Notes: a model not told the origin generated them from the letters alone. Counted from the stretch's first letter, positions 11,027 to 20,960 are shown. The stretch is 64,000 nt of DNA from an uncultured delta proteobacterium (GCA_963810935.1 CAWEPK010000012.1:256001-320000), one strand, 5' to 3'. Program-made: numbers and translations.

Positions 11027-11039
11027 GATAACGAATAGG

Positions 11040-11193
11040 TAACAGGGCTGAGATGTGCGCCGTTTCTTCAGAATCTTCCCGCTTGCCTTCTCAACCCTTT
11101 CCCCTGCATCCTCGGCTTGGACAGCTTTTGCAGTCTCTAAAAAGCGACAGACTGCTTCTTGTCGTCTGGCTCGGGGTTCTTTTTCCTTGGCAT
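11040..11193 (-). pseudogene. Small ORF of the type found downstream of IS1595-family transposases (frameshifted)
   Basis: MPRKKNPEPDDKKQSVAF / ETAKAVQAEDAGERVEKASGKILKK; end coordinate approximate. Confidence 0.45.
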
Positions 11194-11213
11194 TTTGTCT
11201 CTCCCTTTTCTCT

Positions 11214-11312
11214 TTAATTGGTCGTTTGATAGGTCAGACGCTTGCCAACGATACCACGCAGGAGCGCGCCTACACGAGCCACATCGGTATATCGTCTGCC
11301 CACTCTCTTGTT
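11214..11312 (-). pseudogene. C-terminal remnant of an IS1595-family transposase
   Basis: NKRVGRRYTDVARVGALLRGIVGKRLTYQTTN*; GIVGKRLTY is the characteristic IS1595 C-terminus. Confidence 0.7.
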
Positions 11313-11361
11313 ACGCAGTGAGATTCTTTAGCTGTGCCCAGACTTGAGCCGAGTAAGCCAT
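11311..11361 (-). pseudogene. N-terminal remnant of a HicA-like toxin
   Basis: MAYSAQVWAQLKNLTA* directly after the hicB-like gene, with a GGAG RBS; truncated at the junction with the transposase remnant. Confidence 0.55.
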
Positions 11362-11368
11362 TCTCCAC

Positions 11369-11665
11369 TCAAATGGCTACGCGGATGTCTTCTGTGTGCC
11401 TTTGCCGGGAGGAACATGCGGTGCATGATGGTTGATAAGCGGGGCCTTCCACGATCCTTAAGGGGATAGCATCACCATGCTTTAAGAGAGATTCAATATA
11501 GAGCTTAATGGCGACTTTTGTATTTTTAAGGGCCTTTTTTTCGGTGCTGCCGTCTATGTGGATACCCTTTAAGGCCGGGCAATAGGCATAAAAGGAATCT
11601 CCATCCTCTTCAATGCATATATCGACGCTAAACGTGATGGAGTTGCCTTTAGTTAAGCCGGTCAC
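11369..11665 (-). CDS. HicB-like antitoxin
   Basis: IEEDGDSFYAYCPALKGIHIDGSTEKKAL...GDAIP; GTG start with AGGAGG RBS. Confidence 0.8.
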   Translation of the reverse strand: MTGLTKGNSITFSVDICIEEDGDSFYAYCPALKGIHIDGSTEKKALKNTKVAIKLYIESLLKHGDAIPLRIVEGPAYQPSCTACSSRQRHTEDIRVAI

Positions 11666-12099
11666 CTGTTTGTCTCCTCCTTCGTGCCTCTTGGGCCTAT
11701 ACGGCGCCTGCATATAGTAACAATAATTGAGAGATTGTCTTCCGACCACCGATCTTCGCCGCAATTGGCCGCACTGAAGGCCAATTGCGGCACGGTAGAT
11801 ACCTCAACTCCAATGAGCGCTTTTTTCCGGCAAAGCCGGGCGGCAGAGGCTTGCTGATGCCGACCACCCCTAACAGCAATTGTCCGTCCAGGCGGACAAT
11901 TGCTGTCGTGAACGGAGGAGCCGCATGGAGGATGCTTCATATGCGGATGCAATGGGAGCCGTGGCGGCCGGAGATCGTACATTCGTACATCGGAGGCCCC
12001 ACGGCGAGCAGGGCGCCGCAGAGGGAGCATCCTTCATGCGGCGAGTCCAGACCTGGCCACCACATCCCGCCTTTGCCATTATCATGACCACCGCGGGTG

Positions 12100-14607
12100 C
12101 TACCGCGCTGCCCTCCCTTTCCTCTCTTCGATCACGCGCCTGATCGTCTCCGCCATCTCGTTCCTGACGATCGGCTTCATTACGAACTCTCTTATCCCCA
12201 CTCCTTCGCCGACTCCGGCGATATTACCTCGCTGAAACCGGTGCACAATATCACCGGTATATCCTTCTTGATCGACATCAGCTTTTTCGCCAGCTCTATC
12301 CCCGTCATGTTCGGCATCGTCTGGTCCGTTATCACCAGGTCGAACCGCGCCGGGTCCCTCTGGAACCGCTTCAACGCCTGCACGCTGTCATGCTCGGCGA
12401 TCACCTCGTACCCCATGCGCTCCAGCATCTCTTTCGCCATCTCCACGAGCGCCTCTTCATCATCGACGAAGAGTATGCAGCGTTTCGCCGACGGCCTTCC
12501 GACGTGCGCCGCTGCCTGCACCGCCTTGCGCGCCGCCTCGTGCCTGACCTTTTTCAAATAGACCGCGAACGTCGAGCCGGCGCCCTGTGCGCTCTCCATT
12601 GTCATCGCGCCGCCGTGCCCCTTTACGATCCCGTAAACCACCGACAGCCCCAGCCCCTTGCCCGGCTCGTTCGTCGTGAAATAGGGCTCGTAGATGCGGT
12701 CCTTTATCGACTCGTCAACGCCGGGCCCCGTGTCGCTGACGGAGAGCCTGACGTACGCGCCCGGCACCATGTCGGGATACGGAGCGTCTTTCTGGTCGGT
12801 AAACGAGAAATCGGAAAGTCGCACGTCGAGGGCCCCTTTCGTCGCCTTCATGGCCTGCCCCGCGTTCATGCAGAGGTTTATGAGCAACTGGTGTATCTGC
12901 ACCGGGTCGGCCAGCACGATGGCCTCGTGCGTATCGATGGACGTTTTGATCTCTATGGTCGAAGGCAGCGACGCGCGCATCAGCTTCACTACCTCGTGCA
13001 CGATGGGCGCCACCTGTACCGCCTTCTTCTCCTGCTCCCCCTGCCGGCTGAAGGCGAGCATCTGCTTGACCAGGTCGCGGCCCCGGTAGCCCGCCTTGCG
13101 CACCTGCGAGAGGTGGCCCTGGGCCCTGGCGTTATCTCCCACGTCGTCCGTCGCAAGCTCGGTGAAGCCGATGACTGCCGCGAGGATGTTGTTGAAGTCG
13201 TGGGCTATGCCGCCCGCGAGGGTGCCTATGGCCTGCATCTTCTGCGCCTGGCGCAGCTCTGCCTCCAGACCGACCTGGCGGGTCATGTCACGCTCGACGG
13301 AGACGTAGTTGGTTACTGCCCCGTCCTTGTCCCTTATGGGTGACATCGTCCGCTCTACCTCGTAGGCGCTGCCGTCCTTCTTGCGGTTGGCGGCGCGCCC
13401 CGTCCAGACACGCCCCTCGCCGAGGGCGGCCCACATCTCCTCCCAGGTATTGTCTTCGCCGCCTTTCAGGACGTCGAACGTCAGCCCCGTGACCTCTTCC
13501 CTGCGGTAGAGGCTCACCTTCTCGGAGGCCGGGTTCATATACTGGATGATGCCCTTTTTATCCATGATAATGACGCAGTCGCCGCCCTGCTCGATGGCTA
13601 AGGCCAGCCGCGCCCGTTCTTCTTCCGCCTTCCTGTGCTCCCTGATCTCCACTTCCAGCCGCTCGTAGGCGCTCCGCAGCTCCGCGGTCCGCTCCTGCAC
13701 GCGCGCCTCAAGCTCTCCGCGCAGCCGCAGAAGCTTCGCCTCCGCCTGCTTTCGCTCCGTGATGTCGCGCCCGTTGACGACTATGCCCGCCATCTTCCGG
13801 TCGTGGAGCAGGTTCCGGCAGATCATCTCGATGGTGCGCCAGCCGCCGTCCTTGCTCTTCAGCTCCGCCTCCATCGACAGCGTGAAGCTCGGTATCCTCC
13901 CCGCCTCTATGATGCGCGCCCGCACTGCCTCCCTGCCAGACGGCTGGACGAACTCGAGGAAGTTTTTGCCGATGAGCGCCTTGGCCCCGTAGCCGAGCAC
14001 GCGCTTGACGGACGGCCCCGCGTAGCCTATCGTGCCGTCTTCCTGGAGCACCATAATGATGTCGAGGGCGTTCTCTATCAGCCGCCTGAAATGCTCCTCG
14101 CGCTCCCGCAGGCCCGCCTGCGCCTCCTCGCGCTCCCGCATCTCGCGAGTGAGCCGCTCGTTGGCTGCGGTAAGGTCCTTCGTCCGCTCCTCAACGCGCC
14201 TTTCCAGACTCTCCGTGGGAGTTCCTGAGCACCTCCTCGGCCCTCTTGCGCACGGTGAAGTCCGTCATGACGAGGCAGACGCCCCCGCGCCCGGCCGCAT
14301 CCGCTTTGCCGCTGGATATGCGCATTGCCGCGTTTCCGTTATCCCGGCAGAGTATCGTGAACTCGCCCCTGCCGCAGTCTGCCCCTTTGCAGAAGGTCGC
14401 TTCGAAGCGCTCCCGCTCGTCCTCCGGGAGGAAATCATAGATGCTTATCCCCATGACGCCCTCCGCGACGCGGCCGACCAGCTCGGCAAACCTTTCGTTC
14501 CCGTAAAGGATCCTCCCGTCGCTCTTCCGGACCACTACCGCCGCTTCCCCCATGCTCTCCACGATAGCGCGATACAACCGGTCGTCCGCCATTTCTTTTT
14601 CAACCAT
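12100..14607 (-). CDS. Hybrid sensor histidine kinase PAS-PAS-PAS-HisKA-HATPase-REC (frameshifts near 14215 and 12195)
   Basis: AGGIAHDFNNIL, NLCMNA, DTGPG, YFTT, GLGL, FVDDE and ITDQTMP motifs; pieces join across frames. Confidence 0.88.
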
Positions 14608-14924
14608 GCTTTGCTTCTCCCTCGTTTTGTATTGACTCATGATGAACTTTCGCCCCTTCGGGGCCGCCCCTTGGTAATCATCAGAATACACCTGTCCTCC
14701 CCGATCAGTGCCGAAAAGAGACAACCCGGGCGAGCAGGGTGAAACGCCTACAGTATTCATCTATCGAACGGCCTGTGTTAGTTGATGATTACTCGACTGT
14801 CACGGCAGCGTCTTTCCGCTGTGTCACACTACTCGAGGCTGCAAAACAACACGGCCCTTATGTATCGTTTTCTCGAAGCCACATTATAATTAATCACCCG
14901 GGGTTTGTAAAGGATAATAAATAG

Positions 14925-15038
14925 TGACAATCATTGGGGCTCAGCGCCCCCTCCAGCGGCATCAGGCGCGACCCTTCCCTCCTTACGTCGGGCGGGTGCC
15001 CCGGCCTCCCCACTCGGCGCTTCGCATACGCTCGCTTT
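14925..15038 (-). repeat. Intergenic repeat family B copy
   Basis: AAGCGAGCGTATGCGAAGCGC...GGAGGGGGCGCTGAGCCCCAATGATTG; similar to 20881-20960. Confidence 0.75.
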
Positions 15039-15062
15039 ATGACCCTGCTGCTTGCAGCAGGG

Positions 15063-16295
15063 TCATAAATGGGGGCCAAGACGGTCCACGCGGGCAAGCT
15101 GCGGGAACAATTTCATCCACGCCAGGGCGGTCACTATGGTGCCTACGCCGCCGATAATCACTGCGGGCACCACCCCGAACCAGGCCGCGGTAACGCCCGA
15201 CTCGAACTCCCCGAGCTGGTTTGACGTCCCGATGAACATCGAGTTTATGGCGCTCACTCTCCCGCGCATGGCGTCCGGCGTCTCCAACTGGACGAGGGAT
15301 TGGCGTATCACCACGCTGATTACGTCCGCCCCGCCGAGCACGACGAGGGCGGCAAGGGAGAGGAAGAACGACCTCGATACGCCGAAAACGACCGTAGCCG
15401 CGCCGAAAACGATCACTGCCGTGAACATTTTGCGGCCCGCAGCGCGGTGCAGCGGATAGCGACCGAGCAGCAGCGACATGAGCAGGGCGCCGCCGGAAGG
15501 CGCGCCGCGAAGGAGCCCCAGCCCCGCCGGACCCACAGCCAGGATATTTTTTGCATAAACAGGCAGCAGGGCCGTTGCCCCGCCGAGGAGCACAGCAAAC
15601 AGGTCGAGGGAGATGGCCCCGAGGATCGCGGGCTTGCTCTTTACGTAGGTGATGCCTGCGAAAATCGAGCGTAGATCGACGGCCTCGACTTTGCGCACCT
15701 TCCGCGTTGCTTCGATAAGGCTGATGAAGACGCACCCGCATACGTAGAGGGCCGTGACCGTTACGTAGGCGTGGAGCGGCCCTGCCGCATAAACGAAGCC
15801 GCCGATGGCGGGGCCGAGTATGTTGGCCGTCTGCGTCGAGGAAGCGGCGCGGGCGACTGCCCGCGGGAAGACTTGCGGCGTCACCAGGTTCGGGAGGAAG
15901 GCGTTCATGGTAGGGTGCTCGAACGCGCGGGCGCCGCCTATGACGAAGGCGACGGCGAGGAGGACGCGGGCGTCGAGCCGGCCGGTAAGGCACCCGGCGG
16001 TAAGCGCGGCGGCCGCAAGGGCCGCAATGAGCTGGCACACCCGGATGACCGAGCGGCGCTCGCAGCGGTCTGCCACGTGGCCGACGACGAGGGTAAGAAG
16101 GAAGGCAGGCGCGAATTGGGCAAGCCCGACGAAGCCGAGGTAAAGGACGCTGCCGGTGAGGGCATACATCTGCCAGCCGACCGCAACGGCGAGCATCTGG
16201 TAGGCCAGTGTGGACGAGACACGGCTGAACCAGAAGCAGACGAAACTTCTGTTCTGTGAGAGTGCGCGCGCGTCGTCAGAGTCGGAAGAAGTCAT
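15063..16295 (-). CDS. MFS transporter (MFS_3/EntS-like)
   Basis: About 12 hydrophobic segments; GHVADRCERR and TPDAMRGRV motifs. Confidence 0.9.
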   Translation of the reverse strand: MTSSDSDDARALSQNRSFVCFWFSRVSSTLAYQMLAVAVGWQMYALTGSVLYLGFVGLAQFAPAFLLTLVVGHVADRCERRSVIRVCQLIAALAAAALTAGCLTGRLDARVLLAVAFVIGGARAFEHPTMNAFLPNLVTPQVFPRAVARAASSTQTANILGPAIGGFVYAAGPLHAYVTVTALYVCGCVFISLIEATRKVRKVEAVDLRSIFAGITYVKSKPAILGAISLDLFAVLLGGATALLPVYAKNILAVGPAGLGLLRGAPSGGALLMSLLLGRYPLHRAAGRKMFTAVIVFGAATVVFGVSRSFFLSLAALVVLGGADVISVVIRQSLVQLETPDAMRGRVSAINSMFIGTSNQLGEFESGVTAAWFGVVPAVIIGGVGTIVTALAWMKLFPQLARVDRLGPHL

Positions 16296-16404
16296 GGCGC
16301 TCCGTGTCTGTGAAGTTTTCGTAGTCTACTACAGTGTGTGGGTGAAGTTAAAGGGTCAGTGGGTAGGCCGGGGAGGATTGGTAGTGGGTCAGTTTGAAAG
16401 AGGA

Positions 16405-16592
16405 ATTATTAGATAAGCAAAGAGGAGTCTTGTAGTTAGTACAAAGCTCCTCTTCTGACTACACATTGATTAACATCCCGGGAGGATTCGTAATTCACAC
16501 GAACCCCCCCGCTTCACCATACGGGATTGCAATCTCCACTATATGGCGGCCTCCGAGGAGGACTTAAGCCCGATGCCGAAGCAGAGCGGGTA
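16405..16592 (-). ncRNA. Putative structured RNA downstream of the pemK-like toxin
   Basis: Closing stem CCCGCU/AGCGGG encloses several hairpins including a cUUCGg loop, then an 11-bp hairpin and a terminator-like hairpin; folded by eye. Confidence 0.5.
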
Positions 16593-16610
16593 CTTAACTA
16601 GAGTACTACG

Positions 16611-17030
16611 TCAAAGGTAACATGTCAAGTGCGAAAGCGCAAGGGTGTTTAACACGCACTTTCTTATGTCCTTTAGTTGTGTTTCGGTAATGATTTTCTC
16701 AACATACTCACGTCTTCCAGCACGATCTTTGCCGATATAGGGCAAAGAAAGCCTACTCAGCGACACGGTAGCCAACATATCCCCCTTTACCCAGTGAAAA
16801 CGAGAATCGAAGGGCGGGGGTAACGGGTCATCAAGAAGTAATTTACAATGATATGGCATAACAGGGACGGGCGTCGTAGTGCTCAACGGTAATACCGTAC
16901 ATAGACCACCTCTCCCTCTGAATCTGGGAGAGATAACAACTGCAGGCCGCTTTTTTACCATTTCTGGCGGAATTCCATCAAAATTACAAATGACAATGGT
17001 TCCTACTTGGGGATGATAAGGAAGAGGCAT
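16611..17030 (-). CDS. PemK/MazF-fold endoribonuclease toxin (YifN-like)
   Basis: PPEMVKKRPAVVISP, TVLPLSTT and WVKGDMLATVSLSRL motifs; GGAGA RBS; TGTTATAAT and a second TATAAT upstream. Confidence 0.85.
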   Translation of the reverse strand: MPLPYHPQVGTIVICNFDGIPPEMVKKRPAVVISPRFRGRGGLCTVLPLSTTTPVPVMPYHCKLLLDDPLPPPFDSRFHWVKGDMLATVSLSRLSLPYIGKDRAGRREYVEKIITETQLKDIRKCVLNTLALSHLTCYL

Positions 17031-17294
17031 CGTATTCTCCAAGGCTTATTATACGGTATGGCCGTTATTATAACAAGGGAATGATATCCTTCATCACTGA
17101 TCGGGCGCGTAGGTTCATGTCGTTCGGTCGCTTCTTCTTTGCCATGCTAAATGTAGCACGAGCGGTTAAACATGGTAAGCATCAGGATAAGAAAAGAAGA
17201 CCAAACTGACCCACTACCGGGGGGACTATGTACCTTGTGTGGGTGCATATAGTATGTTAGACTAACTCACCTACTCGTTTCAGGGGAGATCAAG

Positions 17295-18236
17295 ATGAAA
17301 AACAATTGCTTTAAGATAGGCCTTATACTGGCCGCCTTCGTGGTCTTGTTCGCCTTCGTCCTCCAGATTGACTCTTACGCTCGGATCGGCGGCGGCGGCT
17401 CAATGGGATCGCGCGGCTCGCGCAGCTTCAGCCCTCCGGGCGGGTCTTCGCCTTACAGACCGGTTACGCCGTCGCAGTCCTACGCACCCAGCCCGTATCA
17501 ATCGGGAGGCGGCAGCTTTTTCAGGAGCATGATGGGCGGCATGGCGGGCGGCTTCCTGGGCGGCATGCTCTTTCGCAGCCTCGGCTTCGGGGGCGGATGG
17601 GGCATGGGCGGCGGCGGGGGCGGCATCGGCCTCTTCGAGATTATCCTCGTCGTCGTCATACTTTACGGCCTCTACCGCTTCATGAAGAAGCGGAGGGCGG
17701 CGAGCGAGACGTATTACGAGTCCAACACATATGCGCCACCCGTCTACGAGCAGCAGCCGGCATACGGCGCGCCGGACCAGCAGTCGGACGTGGAGATGGG
17801 GCTTCGCTACATAAGGCAGATGGACGCATACTTCCAGGAAGGCGCCTTCCGCGACATGTGCCTGGATACGTTCTTCAAGATCCAGGGCGCCTGGGGCATG
17901 CGCGATATGGCGCCCGTCAGGGGCCTCCTTACGGATGAGATGTACAGCGCCATAGAGAGCGACGCAGCGAAGCTCCGGGCGGACCACAGGGTCAATAAGC
18001 TCGACAACATCGCCGTGCGGTCCACGGACATCGTCGAGGCGTGGCAGGAATCGGGCAGGGACTATATCACGGTGCGCTTCTACGCCAATCTGGTCGACTA
18101 TACGGTAGACGATAAGACGGGCGACGTAGTGTCGGGCAGCAAGACGGACCCGGTCAAGTTTGAGGAATACTGGACGTACACGCGGCAGGTCGGCAGCAAC
18201 CCGTGGCAGTTGTCGGCCATAACGCAGCCGCAATAA
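17295..18236 (+). CDS. Tim44-like domain membrane protein
   Basis: Gly-rich N-terminus ([12 protein letters not shown]), TM segments, C-terminal FEEYWTYTR...WQLSAITQ. Confidence 0.85.
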   Translation: MKNNCFKIGLILAAFVVLFAFVLQIDSYARIGGGGSMGSRGSRSFSPPGGSSPYRPVTPSQSYAPSPYQSGGGSFFRSMMGGMAGGFLGGMLFRSLGFGGGWGMGGGGGGIGLFEIILVVVILYGLYRFMKKRRAASETYYESNTYAPPVYEQQPAYGAPDQQSDVEMGLRYIRQMDAYFQEGAFRDMCLDTFFKIQGAWGMRDMAPVRGLLTDEMYSAIESDAAKLRADHRVNKLDNIAVRSTDIVEAWQESGRDYITVRFYANLVDYTVDDKTGDVVSGSKTDPVKFEEYWTYTRQVGSNPWQLSAITQPQ

Positions 18237-18243
18237 AGGGTTA

Positions 18244-18817
18244 ATGCAGGCAAGGGCTTCCATTGAGATCGTTGCCGAGGCGTCGGCCGGTGGCGCGCGG
18301 GTGCGCGTCATAAGGGGAGACCTTACGGAAGCTCCCGTAGACGCAATCGTCAACGCGGCCAACTCTCACCTCCAGCACGGTGGCGGCGTAGCAGGCGCCA
18401 TCGTCCGCAAAGGCGGGCAGGTAATCCAGGAAGAGAGCGACCGGATAGGGTTCGTCCCCGCCGGCAAGGCAGCGCTCACCTCCGCAGGCAGGCTGCCCGC
18501 GCGTTTCGTTATCCATACTGTAGGCCCCCGCTGGGGCGAAGGGGACGAAGAGGCCGAAACTGGCCTCGGCGGTCGCGAGCGCCCTTGACCTCGCGGAAGA
18601 AAAGGGGCTCGCCACCGTGGCCATGCCGGCAGTCAGCGGCGGCATCTTCGGCTTCCCTAAAGAGAGCTGCGCGCACATCATCGTGCGCGAGATCGCGGCC
18701 TTCGGGCGCAAGGCAAAAACGGTAAAAACCATCGATATATACCTCATGGACGCAGAAATAATCGAGTTCTTCGCCAAAGAGGTTGAAGGGCTCGGGAAAG
18801 GTATGGAAGGCGTTTAA
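18244..18817 (+). CDS. Macro domain protein, YmdB-like (frameshift near 18560)
   Basis: [32 protein letters not shown]; then [13 protein letters not shown] in the next frame. Confidence 0.88.
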
Positions 18818-20211
18818 TGTGCGGGATATTCGGTATCTTCGGCCATCCGGAAGCATCAAACATGACCTATCTCGGGCTGCACGCCCTGCAGCACAGGGGG
18901 CAGGAGAGCGCGGGCATCGTTAGCACCGACGGCTCTTCGATGTACATGCGCCGGGAGATGGGCCTTGTCTCCGATATATTCAATGAGGAGACCCTCCGTG
19001 AGATCCCCGGGCACGCGGCGATAGGCCACGTGCGCTATTCGACGGCCGGGTCGAGCACGATAAAGAACGCCCAGCCCTTCGCCGTGGAATACTCGAAGGG
19101 GTCGCTGGCCATAGCCCACAACGGCAACCTGACCAACGCAAAGATCATCCGCGACGAGCTTCAGAATTACGGCTCCATCTTCCAGTCCACGATCGACACG
19201 GAAGTCATCGTCCACCTCATCGCCCTCTCCCATGAAAACCTTACGGTAGACAGGCTCATAAGCGGGCTGCGGAGGGTGGAAGGCTCCTATTCTCTTCTCG
19301 TTCTGACGGACAAGGAGATGATCGCGGTGCGCGACCCTCACGGCTTCAGGCCCCTCGTCCTCGGCCGCCTGCGCGATTCCTATGCAGTGTCCAGCGAGAC
19401 GTGCTCTTTCGACCTCATAGAGGCGGAGTACACGCGCGAGATCGAGCCGGGCGAGGTCGTCCGCTTCTCGAAAGACGGCGTCGAATCCTATTTCCCCTTC
19501 AAGAAGGCCGAGCCGCGCCGCTGCATCTTCGAGTACATCTATTTCGCCAGGCCCGACAGCAGCATATTCGGCCGCACCGTCTACAACGTGCGAAAGGCCT
19601 TCGGCAGGGAGCTGGCCCGCGAGAGCGGCGTAGATGCCGACATGGTCATCCCTATACCCGACTCCGGCATAAGCGCGGCGATAGGCTATTCCCAGGAGTC
19701 GGGCATCCCCTTCGAGATGGGCCTGATAAGGAACCACTATGTCGGCAGGACGTTCATCGAGCCGAAAGAATCGATCCGCCATTTCGGCGTAAGGCTGAAG
19801 CTGAACGCGGACCACGACACGGTGAGGGGCAAGAAGATCGTTGTAATCGACGACTCCATCGTAAGGGCCACGACGGGCAGGAAAATCATCACCATGCTGC
19901 GCCAGCAGGGCGCGAAAGAGATACACTTCCGGGTGACGTCCCCCCCTACCCGCTTCCCGTGCTTTTACGGCATCGACACGCCTTCGAGGTCGGAGCTGAT
20001 CGCCTCCTCGCACAGCGTGGATGACATCAATGAATATATGACGTCCGACACGCTCCGGTACCTCTCCATCGACGGGATGAAGAGGGCCATCGGGAACGGG
20101 TCGAACGAGTTCCAGTATTCGTTCTGCGACGCATGCTTTTCCGGTAAATATCCGACACGCTTTCCGTGGGGGATGGAGCTGGAGCAGATGGAGTTGTTCG
20201 TAAAAAGGTAA
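18817..20211 (+). CDS. purF: Amidophosphoribosyltransferase
   Basis: N-terminal MCGIFG, QHRGQE, GHVRYST and VIDDSIVRATT motifs. Confidence 0.97.
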   Translation: MCGIFGIFGHPEASNMTYLGLHALQHRGQESAGIVSTDGSSMYMRREMGLVSDIFNEETLREIPGHAAIGHVRYSTAGSSTIKNAQPFAVEYSKGSLAIAHNGNLTNAKIIRDELQNYGSIFQSTIDTEVIVHLIALSHENLTVDRLISGLRRVEGSYSLLVLTDKEMIAVRDPHGFRPLVLGRLRDSYAVSSETCSFDLIEAEYTREIEPGEVVRFSKDGVESYFPFKKAEPRRCIFEYIYFARPDSSIFGRTVYNVRKAFGRELARESGVDADMVIPIPDSGISAAIGYSQESGIPFEMGLIRNHYVGRTFIEPKESIRHFGVRLKLNADHDTVRGKKIVVIDDSIVRATTGRKIITMLRQQGAKEIHFRVTSPPTRFPCFYGIDTPSRSELIASSHSVDDINEYMTSDTLRYLSIDGMKRAIGNGSNEFQYSFCDACFSGKYPTRFPWGMELEQMELFVKR

Positions 20212-20245
20212 GGGAAACCGACCGGCCGATTATGGAGATGAAACG

Positions 20246-20866
20246 ATGGAAGAGCACAGAAGACTTCTAAGGCTGTTGAAAGACCTATCCTACGAAGAAG
20301 GCGATTTCCTGCTGGCCTCCGGCAAGCGCAGCACGTTCTTCATCGACTGCAAGGAGACGACGCTGAACGCCGAGGGGATGTACCTGGTCGGCCACTGCAT
20401 GTACCAGGAGGTGCTGCGGGTGCCCGGCATAGAGGCGGTCGGGGGCGTGAGCGTCGGCGGCGACCCGCTCGTCTGCTCGACTGTGCTCGCTTCCTATGCG
20501 CTCCGCGATCCCATCCCCGGCTTCTTCATCAGGAAGGAGCTTAAGGGCCACGGCACAAACCGATGGATCGAGGGCGGGAAGAACCTGCACAAAGGGATGA
20601 AAGCGCTGATCCTGGAAGACGTCGTGACAACGGGTGGCTCGTCGTTAAGGGCGATAAACGCGGCCGAGTCGGACGGCCTGGTGGTCAAGGGCGTCATAGC
20701 CCTCCTCGACAGGCTTGAGGGCGGCAGGGAGGCAATAGAGGAAAAGGGCTATCTCTTCAAGGCGATATTTACTCTCAACGATATAGGCACTAGTGATAAC
20801 TTATATTTAGGTTTCAAGGAGCGAGCGAAGCGCGAGAGGAATAAAGCAACTGGCATAACTTATTGA
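20246..20866 (+). CDS. pyrE: Orotate phosphoribosyltransferase
   Basis: FLLASGKRS, RKELKGHG and ILEDVVTTGGS motifs. Confidence 0.93.
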   Translation: MEEHRRLLRLLKDLSYEEGDFLLASGKRSTFFIDCKETTLNAEGMYLVGHCMYQEVLRVPGIEAVGGVSVGGDPLVCSTVLASYALRDPIPGFFIRKELKGHGTNRWIEGGKNLHKGMKALILEDVVTTGGSSLRAINAAESDGLVVKGVIALLDRLEGGREAIEEKGYLFKAIFTLNDIGTSDNLYLGFKERAKRERNKATGITY

Positions 20867-20880
20867 TGATTTAGGTTTCC

Positions 20881-20960
20881 TAAGCGAGCGCATGCGAAGC
20901 GCTTAAGCGGGGAGCCTCCTAGGTTTTACCCGACGGAGGGGGCGCTGAACCCCATTATTT
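20881..20960 (+). repeat. Intergenic repeat family B copy (partial extra copy at about 20796-20833)
   Basis: TAAGCGAGCGCATGCGAAGCGC...GGAGGGGGCGCTGAACCCCATTATTT. Confidence 0.75.

Larger units (their letters stand above)
16380..17218. mobile_element. Non-autonomous IS1-family-like element (839 bp) carrying a PemK/MazF toxin
   Basis: Perfect 17-bp TIRs GGTAGTGGGTCAGTTTG (16380-16396) and CAAACTGACCCACTACC (17202-17218); flanks GGGAGGATT / GGGGGGACT match 7/9; AT-richer interior; no transposase. Confidence 0.85.
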
